From the NCBI RefSeq assembly GCF_001194135.2, contig NC_068995.1, positions 44,357,311 through 44,421,310 on the forward strand: 64,000 nucleotides of DNA. Direction: 5' to 3'. Source of the stretch: Octopus bimaculoides. Taxonomy: Eukaryota. The translations under genes and the position numbers were made by a program. Each line of letters starts with the position of its first letter. Within the stretch, counting starts at the first letter, position 1. The notes under the pieces were generated by a model that was not told the origin of the DNA, did no database searches, and saw only the letters and a program-made list of their open reading frames with translations. Shown in pieces: positions 38,101-51,784 of the stretch.

Positions 38101-39319
38101 TGAAGGAGAAATAATTTCACATTTTATGAGTGCAAGCATTGAGGACAACTCAAAGCTAACGAGAAAGAGAATCAATAACAAATGAAATTTAAACAAACTT
38201 CTAAATGAATTAAATTTATTTTTTATAACTGAAAAAAAAAAAATACTGGAAACTATCATTTAGAGATAAGGAACACACAGGCACACTCACACACAAACAC
38301 ACATATATATATATATGTATATATATTATATGTTCCGTGTTGACTGTTGGAGAAAAAAAAAGAGTACTCAATACCAGAATAGAGAAATTATTATTTGTTT
38401 TCGTTTGTTTTTGGTTTTTTTTAGGCAGGGTGGTGAGTTAATCTCTTGCTACTTTGAGTTTCTACTGTGGGTACACAGTTTCTTCAAGCAAGTTATGACT
38501 TGCAAATAAGTTGCCTGAAGTCCCTGTGCAAGCACAGCCAAAATAAAATGTTATATATATNNNNNNNNNNNNNNNNNNNNNNNNNNNNNNNNNNNNNNNN
38601 NNNNNNNNNNNNNNNNNNNNNNNNNNNNNNNNNNNNNNNNNNNNNNNNNNNNNNNNNNNNGTCTGTTCCCCACTACTGCTTGACAACTACTGTTGGTGTG
38701 TTTACATCTCCATAACATAGCAGTTCAGCAAAAGAGACTGACAGACTAAGTAACAGGTTTAAAAAAAGATAAGTATTAGATTCAATTCATTTGATTAAAA
38801 GTTCTTGAAGGTGGTGCTCCAGCATGGCCAAGGAAGCAATGGCAATTTTCATCCCTACATATCTTTAATGTATCCATTTTTGCTTGTATTTGTCTGTATC
38901 TGCACATGTATACCTACATTTATGTGCATGGTTGTCCAAAGTTCTCAAAGTGCATGCACCATCACATACTTGGCATGTATTTAAGTGTACACTCATGTGT
39001 GTATATATGAACATGTACTCCACATGTGAATGCTTCAGCAGGTAACTATATCCATGCAAAATAATCACCCACTTGCACACACATATTATGGGGGTGGGGG
39101 GGTAGTTGACAGGGAAGTGATTTATAATTTCATGGTTCTCAGAAAAACATCTGAGAGGATTATGACTCAGGAAAAAATATCTCTATAGATGGAAAAGTAG
39201 ATTTGATATTTATATTGATATAAAAAGTTTCAATACTTCCATATTTTTTCAAAGGGATAATGACTTTGAAAAAAAAAATACACATCTTCAAAATATGTAT
39301 TATTGCAAGGATTATATAC

Positions 39320-39354
<35 letters not shown>

Positions 39355-39611
39355 CAAAGAAAAAAAAATTCACTGAGCTATGGAGAGTATTTGTCAACAA
39401 ATTGCCCAGTGGTTATGCATTTTCAAAGATGAGTGGAATGAAAAGTGTCTTTCCCTTCCTTGAAAAACAAGCAAGGGTTAGGAAGTCGAAAGGACATCCA
39501 GTTTGTAAAACAATGCTTGAACAATATGTATTTGTTTAACTCACGCTAGCATGAAAATAAATTTTAAAACAGATATAAAATGAATAAGCAAAAAATAGTG
39601 TGCACATATGT

Positions 39612-39663
<52 letters not shown>

Positions 39664-39787
39664 GTGTACACTCACTATTGATAAAAATACATGTGTATCT
39701 GCCTTATGCTTTTACTGGTAATTGTATCTATACATGTATATTCATATGCATACACGTTTATATATACATACATACGTACATACAAAC

Positions 39788-39829
<42 letters not shown>

Positions 39830-40816
39830 ACACACACACACACACTTATCTATGTACACACATATACATATATGCAGGTACATGCAAGCATTTGTATCTG
39901 TGTATGTCTATTTCGGTCTATGTACACATGCCTCCCTCTGCCTGTGTATGCATATCTATGTTCCTTTGTACATAAGGACTTTCACATGTATGGACTTGTA
40001 TATCTGTACAAGTCTATATTCATTTACATGGTTGGCCATGGGTATTACAGCTGTGCACATCTTTGCATGTATGTATATCTCAATGCATATATCTTTATGT
40101 GTGCATGTATACTCTTGACATTTATCATCATCATTGTCATCATTTACACCTGTTTGATCAGGTAATCGAATCTTGCTTGTGTCATTTTTAACATGGTTCA
40201 TATGGCTGAATGCCCTTTTTATCACCAACCACTTCACACAATGTACTGAGTGCAGTGCATTGTGACACCAGCGCTAGAGCGGATAAGGGTAAGAAAGTGG
40301 TAGGTAGCATGAGGTAAATAAATGATGGATGGCAATACCAAATGACCAGCAAAGAGGATAGGTAGAGTTTATGAAGTACATGCATGTCTGATGCAGTCCC
40401 TTAAGTATACACCTCAAGATGGTGAGAGAGCTAGAGTGATGAAAATAAGAGGGAAAGAGGTGGAGTGTTAGAGAAATGGTCAGTCGGAGTAGGGTGGGGT
40501 ACTGGAGAGGTTAGACAGATCCTATGGCATCCCTGGTAACACTGGAAGTAACGTGGGATGAGGCAAAGAGATCCATTGCTCTCCTTAGTCATTCCAGCAG
40601 CATAGTACATACAGTGAGATTGAGTAGGGGAGAGAATGATCAAGAGGTTAGCATGAATGCCAGAGGTAGAAAGGTGACAGAGACATGGATAACAGTGGGG
40701 TGGGTGACAGACAGGCGAATAACAAGAGAGATATGGAACAAGAAGGGGGGAAGGATATACATATGCATACACATGCACATACATGTTAATACATACATAT
40801 TCCTGAAAGTATAAAC

Positions 40817-40848
<32 letters not shown>

Positions 40849-41021
40849 ACTTATGCACATATAAAACTATATGTATAAACACAAATTTTAACAACTGTTT
40901 TGCCATGTTTGGGAAGGCAGGAGTGCATGTGTGTGTATAATCTTCTGATGACTAGGCATGCGCTTGTCTGTACTTGTGTGCATGTGTATATATCATCTTA
41001 TCTTTGTGTGTGTGTGTGTAT

Positions 41022-41061
<40 letters not shown>

Positions 41062-41439
41062 ATGAATGTATGTAACGATATGTATCTATGTGAATCCATG
41101 CTTATATGTATGAATATATATATATGTATATCTGTCCATTCAATCAAGTGCACATATCACATATATCAATATATATATACTCATACTTCTGCATGTACAT
41201 CTGCTTATGTAAGCATGCACACATGTATTCATATGTATATTCATGCATCTGTATGTATGTATGTATAGTATTGGTACATGTGCAGGTTTACGTAAGTGTA
41301 TCCATCCATCCATTTATCCATCAATTCATATGTCTGTATGTCTATCTGTATATTTCAATATAGCATATGTATATACTAGTACGTCTATATGTGTTTTATG
41401 TGTACAGGATAGCTTTCAAAAAGATGTGGATGGCAATGA

Positions 41440-41880
41440 TAAGGGCAGACATGGAAGCACAATCAGCAGCCCTCTGCATCTGTAGTCTGCAGCAGTGGAA
41501 CCATTAAAGCCTTGACTAGAACTGACCCTCGGATGTGGTCAGCATCCATGAGGGACATGGTGAACTTGTTGGCCAGAGTCAGCACAGCCCACCCCAAGTG
41601 AATGCCACTGCAAGTACAAGAAAGTAAATAGATAGTAGCTTTCAATTCTGCTTGATTGCTAGAATGCAAGTTGGCCATCTTTTTTCTTAACTATAAGCCC
41701 ATAGACTTCAAACAGCTTAAGTTCTATGACATGGTAGCTCACTTCTAAACTCTGCAACCCCAGCTGTTTCCAATCCATCATCAAAGTCCCACATACCATG
41801 AGCATTTGAGATACTTTGTCATATACAGGTATTTGATCATCATGTTTTCTCAGAGTAATAATCAATGATACAGAATGCAG
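41440..41880 (-). mobile_element. CR1/L2-type LINE 3' remnant
   Basis: Degenerate peptide ...KQLGLQSLEVSYHVIELKLFEVYGL resembling the CR1/L2 C-terminal L.L.SL..RR...DL...YK region. Confidence 0.4.
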
Positions 41881-42136
41881 AGTAGAGATGGCTCCTTAAT
41901 TCTGTCAAGTGTATAACAACCTCTCCTGTGCTGGTACCATGGTAAAACACATTCAATACACTCTGCAGAGTGACTGGTTTCAGGAAGGGCTTCCAGCCAT
42001 AGAAAACATGCCAAAAGTGGAACATAAGCAAATCATCACCCTCCAATCCATTAAGGGGAGAAGCAATTCTGAAGAACTGACTTGGACCATGATGACCTGC
42101 CCAACATATGTGAACATGTAAAATAGACACATGATG

Positions 42137-42184
<48 letters not shown>

Positions 42185-42446
42185 NNNNNNNNNNNNNNNN
42201 NNNNNNNNNNNNNNNNNNNNNNNNNNNNNNNNNNNNNNNNNNNNNNNNNNNNNNNNNNNNNNNNNNNNNNNNNNNNNNNNNNNNNNNNNNNNNNNNNNNN
42301 NNNNNNNNNNNNNNNNNNNNNNNNNNNNNNNNNNNNNNNNNNNNNNNNNNNNNNNNNNNNNNNNNNNNNNNNNNNNNNNNNNNNNNNNNNNNNNNNNNNN
42401 NNNNNNNNNNNNNNNNNNNNNNNNNNNNNNNNNNNNNNNNNNNNNN

Positions 42447-42625
42447 GAGAGAAAGTTGTGGTGGAAGAGTACAGCAGGGTTCGCCACCATCCCCTGCCGG
42501 AGCCTCGTGGAGCTTTAGGTGTTTTCGATCAATAAACACTCACAACGCCCGGCGTGGGAATCGAAACCGCGATTCTATGACTGCGATTCCGCTGCCCTAA
42601 CCACTGGGCCATTGCGCCTCCACAC
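42447..42625 (-). mobile_element. Young tRNA-derived SINE head (truncated by an N gap)
   Basis: Pol III A box TGGCCCAGTGG (42601-42611) and B box GGTTTCGATTCC (42557-42568), followed by a non-tRNA SINE body. CpG-rich. Confidence 0.85.
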
Positions 42626-42628
42626 ATG

Positions 42629-42666
<38 letters not shown>

Positions 42667-43427
42667 ATACACACATATATACATACATACAACTCCAAGT
42701 GAGTGGGGGGTTTTTTAGGGGGAGGGGGTTGCCAAGATTGTAGTTTCCTAAGCTTTCCTCTCTTCCCACTTTTCACCCGACTCCGAAAATAAGACAATGT
42801 CCAAAATGTCATAAGAAATAACACTACATTTCTTTAACCATCAAGCCAATAATTTTGATCATGGATTTATCCTCCCTTGTTTTGTTTTTTGCATTTTTCT
42901 TCACCATAACTCTCTCTCTCTCTCTCTCTCTCAAATTTATATATAGAGAGAGAGGGGGGAGAGAGAACATTTGTATGTATGTGAGCACATACCTCTCTCT
43001 GTCTGTATGTGTATAAATGCACTTTGTCTCAACACCTTCCCTACACTCTATACGCCCTCCAATAAACTAATTGACACAAAGACATCAAATCTCTGCCATT
43101 CTCCCCATCCTGCTAACAACTTACTACAACCCTTAACCTAATCTATATTTATAAGAATTTTTAAGCTTCAGTGAACTCCATTTTCACAAACTTTCATACC
43201 TGCTCGATTACCATACCACTACATCCATTCATGCACCATACCACTCAATAACTAATTCAAATTTTTTTTTTTTTTTTCCTAATCACAAAAATTACTTAAC
43301 TCTTTATATACCACTTTCCCATGCCTTCATATAAAAGTAAAAAAAAAAAAATACAAATGACCCAAACACAGATACACCTCACTCTTCTGAACCAAATAAG
43401 CAGAATTTACATAAAAAAGAAAATTCC

Positions 43428-43472
43428 TCAGTCTGATGATTCACACTAAAGATGAAACTATTAGTTACTATG
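43428..43472 (+). ncRNA. Degenerate type I hammerhead ribozyme motif
   Basis: agt CTGATGA ttc-acactaaa-gat GAAA ctattag TT act. Stem I agt/act, self-complementary stem III AACTATTAGTT, GUU site. Two substitutions from canonical CTGATGA-GTC...GAC-GAAAC. Confidence 0.45.
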
Positions 43473-43575
43473 AAGCACTGAATTCCAATACCCAATGGAT
43501 TGAGTTCTCTTGTTCTTTGAGGTAATTCTACCTAGTACACTATTCTTAGACCTCTCTCTCTCTCTCTCTCTCTCA

Positions 43576-43619
<44 letters not shown>

Positions 43620-45374
43620 TATATATATATATATATAGACACAAACACCTGTTGCTTTTCGATGCATTTACATAAAGTATAATACACAGATGGAGATTAT
43701 ATATATAGAGAGAGAGAAGGGAGCACAAGCCCTGATGGTTAAGGTAGTGCACTCACCACTGTTAGGTCAGGCCCTTCCTCCAGAAAAGGAGTACCAGTGG
43801 CACCTAGGGGTAACTCTGTAACAAATTGGCATCCCATTTGCAGGGAAGGAGAGTCTTAGACAGCCTAAACACATTAAAAATCTGGATAAACGCAGGCCAT
43901 GTAATGCCATGTAGGCTCAACACAAAAAAATTACACACACACACAGAGTCAATATAAAATTTATAATCTGCCAACAGGAAATGCACAAATTTTATGCGTG
44001 AGTGTGTGCGTGTGTGTGTGTGTATAGTAAGGCAACTGTCTATGTCCCTCTATTATACTCTAACCTCTCACCAGGCTCACAGTCACTTCCTTCAGCTCCC
44101 TCTCTCAGCTAAGAAGTCTTTGTCTTGCAAACTACTTGGTGACCCTGCAAGTGCCATGTTAAAAGCATCCAGCACACTTTGTAAAGTGGTTGGCATTAGG
44201 AAGGGCATCCAGCTGTAGAAACCATGCCACAACAGACAATTGGAGCCTGGTGTAGCTCTCCAGCTTGCCACCCCCTGTCAAACCATCCAAGCCATATGCC
44301 AGCACAGAAAACAGGCTTTAAATGATGATAATGTTTGTGTGTGTATATATATATATATATATGTTACGGAGATGTACTTACATAGCAAGTGAACTGATCT
44401 GCGATTGTGTGCTGAAACAAAAACAATTGCAATGGTTGCATATCTAAATGTTTTTACATGTTCAGTGTGCAGTAACAGGTACAAGTCTCCTGTACTTTTG
44501 ATTCATGTCAACCAAAGCTCTGGGAGTGAGTAGACAGGAGAGACTGTTCAGAAGCCTTTCAGATACACTATACTTGCAGTTGATGAACCTAGCCTTGTCC
44601 AACCCAATTTCAACTTTATTCAACTTTAAAAATTACATTAATAATAATCGGCGTCTGTGGGATATTCAACCACTAACACTGTATAATTCAAGGAATAGGT
44701 GCTTCTGTTAATCAATTGACTGGAATACACATGCATCAAAACAGGAGTTCATGTTATTGATGGGGTGTAGTAGAGGTGTTCCTTATGTATGGCCGAGGAG
44801 GGATTCATCTTGTTGGGTCGCAGAGAGGGTCAATTTTGCAGTGTAGCAAATAGATTCTCTTTTATATTAAGTTGGCCTACTGTATAGCATTGAGAAATGA
44901 ATTATTGATATAACAGACTTATAAGAATAATGAATGAATGCCTCTCATCAATGATACCTGCCTATAACATGTGACAATCTATGACAAGACTAAGCACATA
45001 AAATGTCTCTCTTCACACCTTGAAAACTTGGTTTTAGACACACAGACACATTACACAAGCCTTATTCTTTTCTGGATCACACAAATTCAAGATAAAATAT
45101 TCTGGTATCAAACCATCCAAAGATCTCCACAGCACCTTGTAATTTTTAGATACCATCCATTATCAAACAGATGGAACCTATTATTATTGCCTGTGTTTTG
45201 TAGGGTAAGGAAATAGAAAGACCGAGGGAGCTAGTGTCAGTAGAAGAAATTGCTAGTATCTACACTAATTATGTACATAACATTAAATCATTAGTTATAA
45301 ACTGCTTACACTTTTTCTCAGGCCTACCTCCCCTCTTAACTTTACTATAAATCCTCAGTTCATACTTACATCAT

Positions 45375-45525
45375 CTCTTACTTGACCCTAAATCCTCTCA
45401 CTTCAGGCCTGTCATACCTCTTACTGCACCCTAAATCCTCTCACCTCAAGCCTGTCGTACCTCTTACTGCACCTTAAATCCTCTCACTGCACACCTATCC
45501 CACCTCTTACTTCACCATAAAGCCT
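45375..45525. repeat. 43-bp minisatellite (~3.5 units)
   Basis: ccctaaatcctctcac...cctgtc.tacctcttactgca, period 43 (45386/45429). Confidence 0.85.
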
Positions 45526-46447
45526 CACATGGTAACAGCCTACTTACAGTGAATTGTTCTCATTTCATTTCATTCTGGTGTTGTTTAAAATAACATTCCA
45601 TATAAATACTTCGTTGTCTATCTTTTTGAACTGAAAGAAAATACCTTTACTGTCAGGTGTGCTTTTACTCCTAAACCTACCCCATCTATTAATTATTTGC
45701 ATACAGGTATGATCCATTCATACAAAGCTTAAAATTTAATATGAAACCTAAACCTGAAGTTGATCAGATATCTGTTAAAAATGGTGTTTAATTGAAAGAA
45801 AATATTTATAAAAAATTAAATCATACACACAAATAAAACTATACACACACACAAATATATCTATATAAAATTGTGAAGTAAAATCAAGCTAATATGTATA
45901 ACATTTGGCAGTCAACTAACCAGGAACAGGAAATAGTAAAGTGAGACACATTTTTCTTGCTTTTGTCTTTCTCTTCTATAGAAGTTGATGAAATGAACAC
46001 TTTGACTTGCAACCATCTTGTCAAGGTTAACATAAATTTGACCTCTTGGAATGAGCAAATAACTGCAAAAACCTAAATAAGGCAACTATTTCGACTGCAA
46101 CATCACAGCATTATATACATGACTTCAGTGTTGTCTGCCGTATAAAGAAAGTCTTGTTCTTTACACATTGTAATACAAGTATTAATTAAAAAGAATATTT
46201 AACTGACTTTTTAATCCCATATCTTCTGAAAGCTATTATACAGGCTTCCCTTTAATTAGCTGATAGTAATGGTAAATTAGTTAGCTTAGGTCCTATGACT
46301 TACACTGCAGTAATTCGTTATTTTTATTGAGTTTCTGCAATGGAGAGGTGGTCACTGGACTCATTTTGTAAGTGATAAAAACACTTCAAGCAAGCTCATA
46401 AGTTCAAATCTATCCAAACCTTAAGTGAATCAAACAGTAACAAAAAA

Positions 46448-46860
46448 GACACTGCATAGAGCTAACAGTAAGATTGGTGACACTGCATAGGGTTAACAGC
46501 AACATTGGTGACACTGCATAAGGTTAGCTGTAACATAGGTGACACTGCATAGAGTTAACGGGAACAAAGACAGCACAGGGCTAACTGAAATTATGTGACA
46601 TTACATAGAGTTAACAGTAACATAAGTAACACTGCACAGGGTTAACAGTAACAAAGGTGACACTGCACAGGGTTAACAAGAACATTGGTGACAGTGCATA
46701 GGGTTAACTGTAACATAGGTAACACTGCATAGAGTTAACAGGAACAAAGACAGCAGAGGGTTAACAATAACATAGATGACACTGCACAGGGTTAACAGTA
46801 ACAAAGGTGACACTGCACAGGGTTAACAAGAACATTGGTGACAGTGCATAGGGTTAACAG
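46448..46860. repeat. 31-bp minisatellite (~13-14 units)
   Basis: Unit ~gacactgcatagggttaacagtaacattggt, period 31 (46448/46479). Confidence 0.92.
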
Positions 46861-47409
46861 CTACAAAGGTCTGTAGCTGCTCAATGATTGCTCTAGTTGT
46901 TATAGTACATCCTACCCATGCTAATATAGGGAAAAAGCAAACATGTAATTTGGTAAGAAGAAAAAAAATTGTTGAATTAGTAGAAAGAAAATCTTTGCTA
47001 TATTGTAAGGTGAAATTCAAATGGATTTCTTCCAAAACCCTTACAGATCAGAAAATTTGAAGAGCAATTCTTTATTTGATAAAATATATAAAAAGTGTCT
47101 TGGCCATACATTTTAAGAAGAGAAACAGTTGATTAAATCATCACCAGTATTTTACTGATATTGGTTTATGGAACCTGGAAAAATGGAATGTGTTGATGAT
47201 AATATTTTAAAATAAAAGAAAATGAAGGACAATTTAATAATTTTAATAAAAGAACAGGAAATAATTAGCATACAAATACGTAGTCTAAAAAGTATTTATT
47301 GCTTTGGAGTCATGTTCAGAAAATATATTATACTGTAAATTATACATATTGGTAAACAGTTTTGAAATATTAACAGGGGCGTAAACAAAGTAAACAACAA
47401 ATGATAATA

Positions 47410-48090
47410 ATGCTTCTAACATAAACACAAATCTAGAGATTCAGGAGAGGAGGTAAGTCAATTAAATTGGCCTCAATACTTGACTGATACCGAATTTCAG
47501 TAACCTCAGAAAAATGAAAGGCAAAGTTGACCTTGGTAGGATTTGAACTCAGAACATAGAGGACCAGAAGAAATACTGCCAGGCATTTTGTCCGACACTA
47601 ATGATTCTGCCATTCCACTCTCAATGGTAACAACGGAATCTAGTTTAAGTACAAGACCAGCAATTTTCTGAAGGGAAGGGGCAAGTTGATTAGGTCAACC
47701 CCAGTAACTGACTGGTGTTTTATCAACCCCGAAAGGATTAAGAAGTTGATCTTTGCAGGATGATGTGAGCTCAGAACATAAAGAGCTAGAAGAAATTCTG
47801 CAAGGTTTTTTTAACCAATGCTCAAGTGATTCTGCTAATTTGTTGTCCTAATAATAATAATAATATGTTTCTAAAGATAGGCACAAGACCAGCAATTTTG
47901 AGCAAAAGGGGATTAGTCAAAACCAATGACCCCCAGCACTTGACTAGTACTTCAATTTATCAACTCTGGAAGGATAAAAAGTAAAGTCAACCACAGTAGA
48001 ATTTGAACTCAGAATGTAAAGATCTGGAACAAATAATGCAAGGCATTTTTTTCCAACATGTTCGCAGTTCTGCCACTCCACTCTAGATGA
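47410..48090 (+). mobile_element. Three head-to-tail degenerate SINE fragments
   Basis: Three ~220-bp units each with (ca)caagaccagcaattt ... aagttgacc ... tttgaactcagaa. Confidence 0.75.
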
Positions 48091-48914
48091 TAATGATGAT
48101 GATGGTGATGATGGTTGGTGGTGGAGGTAGTGATGATGATGAAGATGATGATGATGATGCTTGGTGATTATGATGATGATGATTTCTTTATTTGCCCTAT
48201 TCAGACAAAAAAAAAAGAAGAAAAATGTAGACATAAGAGTTACAGAATGTGTGGGAATAGACAAGAAAACGATTTTATATGAGAAAAAAAAAACAGAGAG
48301 GAGCTATAAGGATGGTATACAAAAACATTAAAAAATTGATGCAGAATACAGAATAAAATAATTATATGAAATACAAGGTAATTAAAAACAAGATATAATT
48401 TAAATAATGTAAACATGAATGAGATAACCCATACATATAGCTAGGTTGAGTCAGTGCACTCTGCAATTCTACCCAACAGCCAGTCTTTATCTTAAAATCA
48501 GGTGCACTCAAAGATACCTGCAAGCAGTTTTTGCACTGACCAAGCTAAAAGTCATCCAGTGTCTTCTGGGTGCTTCTTTATATGCTACAGTAAACTATAG
48601 GTGTGTTCCTTCACCAATATCCTATTGTTTGCCTATCGTTAATATATCAGTCCCAAATCCTCCACCTCACGTCACACACTGTCATCCTTATTAGTTTTGT
48701 AGGAGTCAGCTATAATTTCAGTGTAGGTTAACATTTGTTCTCAGATCTGTGAACTTCATGTCATTCTGTAACAGACTGGCTTTCTGATAAGGGGGAATGT
48801 TGGCACCATTTGAAAGCTAAAAACTATCCAAAAGCACACTGTGACCAGCAATGTATAACATCTGACAGTCTGGTTGATCATGTGATCACATGATATATGA
48901 TTGTCTTTTGCCTT

Positions 48915-49310
48915 TTATCTTTTACTTGTTTCAGTCATAAGACTGGCCATGCTGGGGCATTGCCTTGAAGAATTTGTAGTCAAATGTATCAACCCCAGTA
49001 CACATTTTTTTAAAGCCTGGTACTTATGCTATCAGGTTTATATGCTGAACCACTAAGCTATGGGGATGTAAACACACCACCACCAGCTGTCAAGTGGTTG
49101 GCTGGGAAAGGGATACATACACACACACACACACATAAATATATATATGCAACAGACTCTTTCAGTTTCCGTCTACCAATTCCACTCACAAGGCTTTGGT
49201 CAACCTGACGATATAGCAGAAGACACTTGCCCAAGGAGCCATACAGTGGGACTGAACCTGGAACCATGTGGTTGGTAAGCAAGCTTCTTACCACACAATC
49301 ACACCCATAT
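48915..49310 (-). mobile_element. Near full-length SINE
   Basis: Same family and architecture as 21878-22272. Confidence 0.8.
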
Positions 49311-49339
49311 ATATATATGCATGTCTATNNNNNNNNNNN

Positions 49340-49380
<41 letters not shown>

Positions 49381-49433
49381 CACAAATATGTAAGTGAAGA
49401 ATGAGCTTAGTGGAGGTACATTTATTCCAAACC

Positions 49434-49642
49434 TACAAGGAAGTGCTTAAAAGTTCCTAGTTTTTGGTATAAAAAAATACAGGAAGATATCAGTTAATTA
49501 TGATTTTATTCGACATGTACCCCTCTCAGATTCACACACTTATTACAGCAGATAAACATTGTAAAAGAACTTGGAAGGCTGGGCCTCCAACCAGGCCTTT
49601 CGTGATACCCTTGAAGCCAGGAACTTTCAGCAACCCCTCATG
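49434..49642 (-). mobile_element. Mariner-derived MITE
   Basis: TIR-like ends tacaaggaagtgcttaaaagttcctag / aagccaggaactttcagcaacccctcatg. Retains the transposase C-terminus CNKCVNLRGVHVE*. Confidence 0.7.
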
Positions 49643-50639
49643 TGTATGTATTTCTTGTAGTTACTTGCTAATAGATTTGATTCATGGTTAGTGTTAGTAA
49701 ATTTTGTTTTTATTTGCAAGATTCCTTATGTGAATTCATGTATGGAAACAAATTCTGTTGTGTCTGGGGAGAGTCATACTGCTTTAATATAGAACACACA
49801 CACACCAGTTCAATTTCCACTCATTTATTTATATATATATATGTGTGTGTTGTTGTTTTTTGGGGTTTTTTTTGTGCCTTTCAAAAATTGTCGCTGCTTT
49901 TGCAACTTGTCAATGGATGTTGACTCAGAAATTGAACTGGTGTGTTAGATATCAAGGCAGTATGACTCTCCCCAGACACAACAAAATGTTAGTTAATGTT
50001 TTCTCTTTCTTTTGAAGGAGTGTACTGTGACTAAATGAAACAACCTCAATATATAACTGGTATATTTATTTTGCTGACTTCAGAATATTATAGATACTTA
50101 ACAACTTCAGAGATGTTAATAGTTTCCTTCAGCACATCTTCAACTCAATCTGGACTGCAAGCAAAGCATCAGTACCACATAAATGCAGAAGAAAAGTGAA
50201 ATTCTGGAGACTGCAGCAGTTCACCTTGCTCAGAAAGGATGAGATGCTGAATGTGAATACAGATTATGTAGAAGAGAGGATGAGAGAGAAAAGTGCAACA
50301 GAGCATCCAACCATATCATGATGATGATGATGATGACGATGATGATCAAGCAAGTAACTGAAAAAGCAGAGCTTAGAACTGAACAATGCATAGCAACCAA
50401 CCCTGATAGTAATGTGTTCTGGAAATATGCGCATTTAAAACACAAGAGTAACTCTCTAGTTAGCCCTCTGCACAATCCTCTCACATCAGGTTTAATGGTG
50501 ATATGCCAAAAAGTACAAAGAACTTAATACCAAATGTTTTTGTGGCATTTCTACTATGAAAAATCCAAAGATACCATCTTCGCCACTTATGACACCAAAT
50601 TCCATAAAATCTGTTTAATTTACTCCAGCAATGTTGTGA

Positions 50640-50960
50640 TGCCACCTCAAGTGTGTGTGTGCAACTGTGCTTCCCCTGGTCTTGATGGTGTCATTCATCT
50701 GCTTTTCTAATGCAGCAGCCTCTTTTCACAGCACCAACTTTCATTCCTCTTCCAATTCTGCCTTAATAATTATGTTACTCCAGAAATAGTGGAAAATTGC
50801 CAGTATTTTGCCTCTGTTTAAAAGGGGGAACTACACATCACTCATCATTTATCATCTAGTCAGTCTCACTAGCTGTATTGCCAGATTGATGGAGTCTTGA
50901 GTCAGAGAAACACTCTGAAACTTTTGAACCTCTCATAGCCTGATTCAACCCTTACATTGT
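50640..50960 (+). mobile_element. CR1-type LINE RT fragment
   Basis: SPGLDGV and WKIASILPLFKRGN...LVSLTSCIARLMES, cf. WK.A.V.PIFKKG...NYRPISLTS...K.ME. Confidence 0.7.
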
Positions 50961-51049
50961 AAGTTATCCCTAACAGCTGCTGTGGCCAATTCATCAAATT
51001 ATCTTGAGATAATAAAATGGATCCTATATACTATAGATCTTTCCTGGAA

Positions 51050-51480
51050 ACTTACCTGGGCATAATACAACAACAGACTGCTGACTAGCAACTTGAGCTG
51101 GATGTAGACAAGTGCATCACTATATATTTTAGGAAGGAAAACTTGCAATTTACCAACTCATTCCACAATACCAACCTTAACACTGTTAGTGAAAGTGACC
51201 ATAGCATTATTGTCGAAGATGATCTATGTTGGATAAACCACTTTTTTTTAAATTGTCAAAAACGCCAAAGATGGTTTAGCATCACTCAGTAAAACCTATG
51301 TTAATGACTTACCAGGTATCTATTGAAAGCAACATAAGGCTAAAGACTATGGTATATTCACACAGCTTGCATCTCCAGTGTGAACCTGCAACTTGTCCAG
51401 AATGCTGATCTGTTGGAAGCTGTCTAAAGATATGCAACCTGACAAATACTCCCCATCAGTTACCATATCTTGAAACTTGG
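51050..51480 (-). mobile_element. CR1-type LINE RT fragment (later domains), opposite strand
   Basis: Degenerate DGEYLSGCISLDSFQQISIL.. (cf. SGVPQGS region) and FTNSVKV (cf. FADDVKL). Confidence 0.4.
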
Positions 51481-51522
51481 TTGTCAAGGACAAACACAGA
51501 CACAAGAACACAACACGCACAC

Positions 51523-51557
<35 letters not shown>

Positions 51558-51751
51558 NNNNNNNNNNNNNNNNNNNNNNNNNNNNNNNNNNNNNNNNNNN
51601 NNNNNNNNNNNNNNNNNNNNNNNNNNNNNNNNNNNNNNNNNNNNNNNNNNNNNNNNNNNNNNNNNNNNNNNNNNNNNNNNNNNNNNNNNNNNNNNNNNNN
51701 NNNNNNNNNNNNNNNNNNNNNNNNNNNNNNNNNNNNNNNNNNNNNNNNNNN

Positions 51752-51784
<33 letters not shown>

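Noticed and set aside
42557-42625. tRNA gene
   Set aside because: It has A and B boxes but no complete cloverleaf, and it continues into a SINE body. The same applies to 61665-61740.
27425-46860. 34-, 43- and 31-bp tandem arrays as possible CRISPR arrays
   Set aside because: Units are contiguous with no unique spacers, there are no cas genes and the context is eukaryotic.
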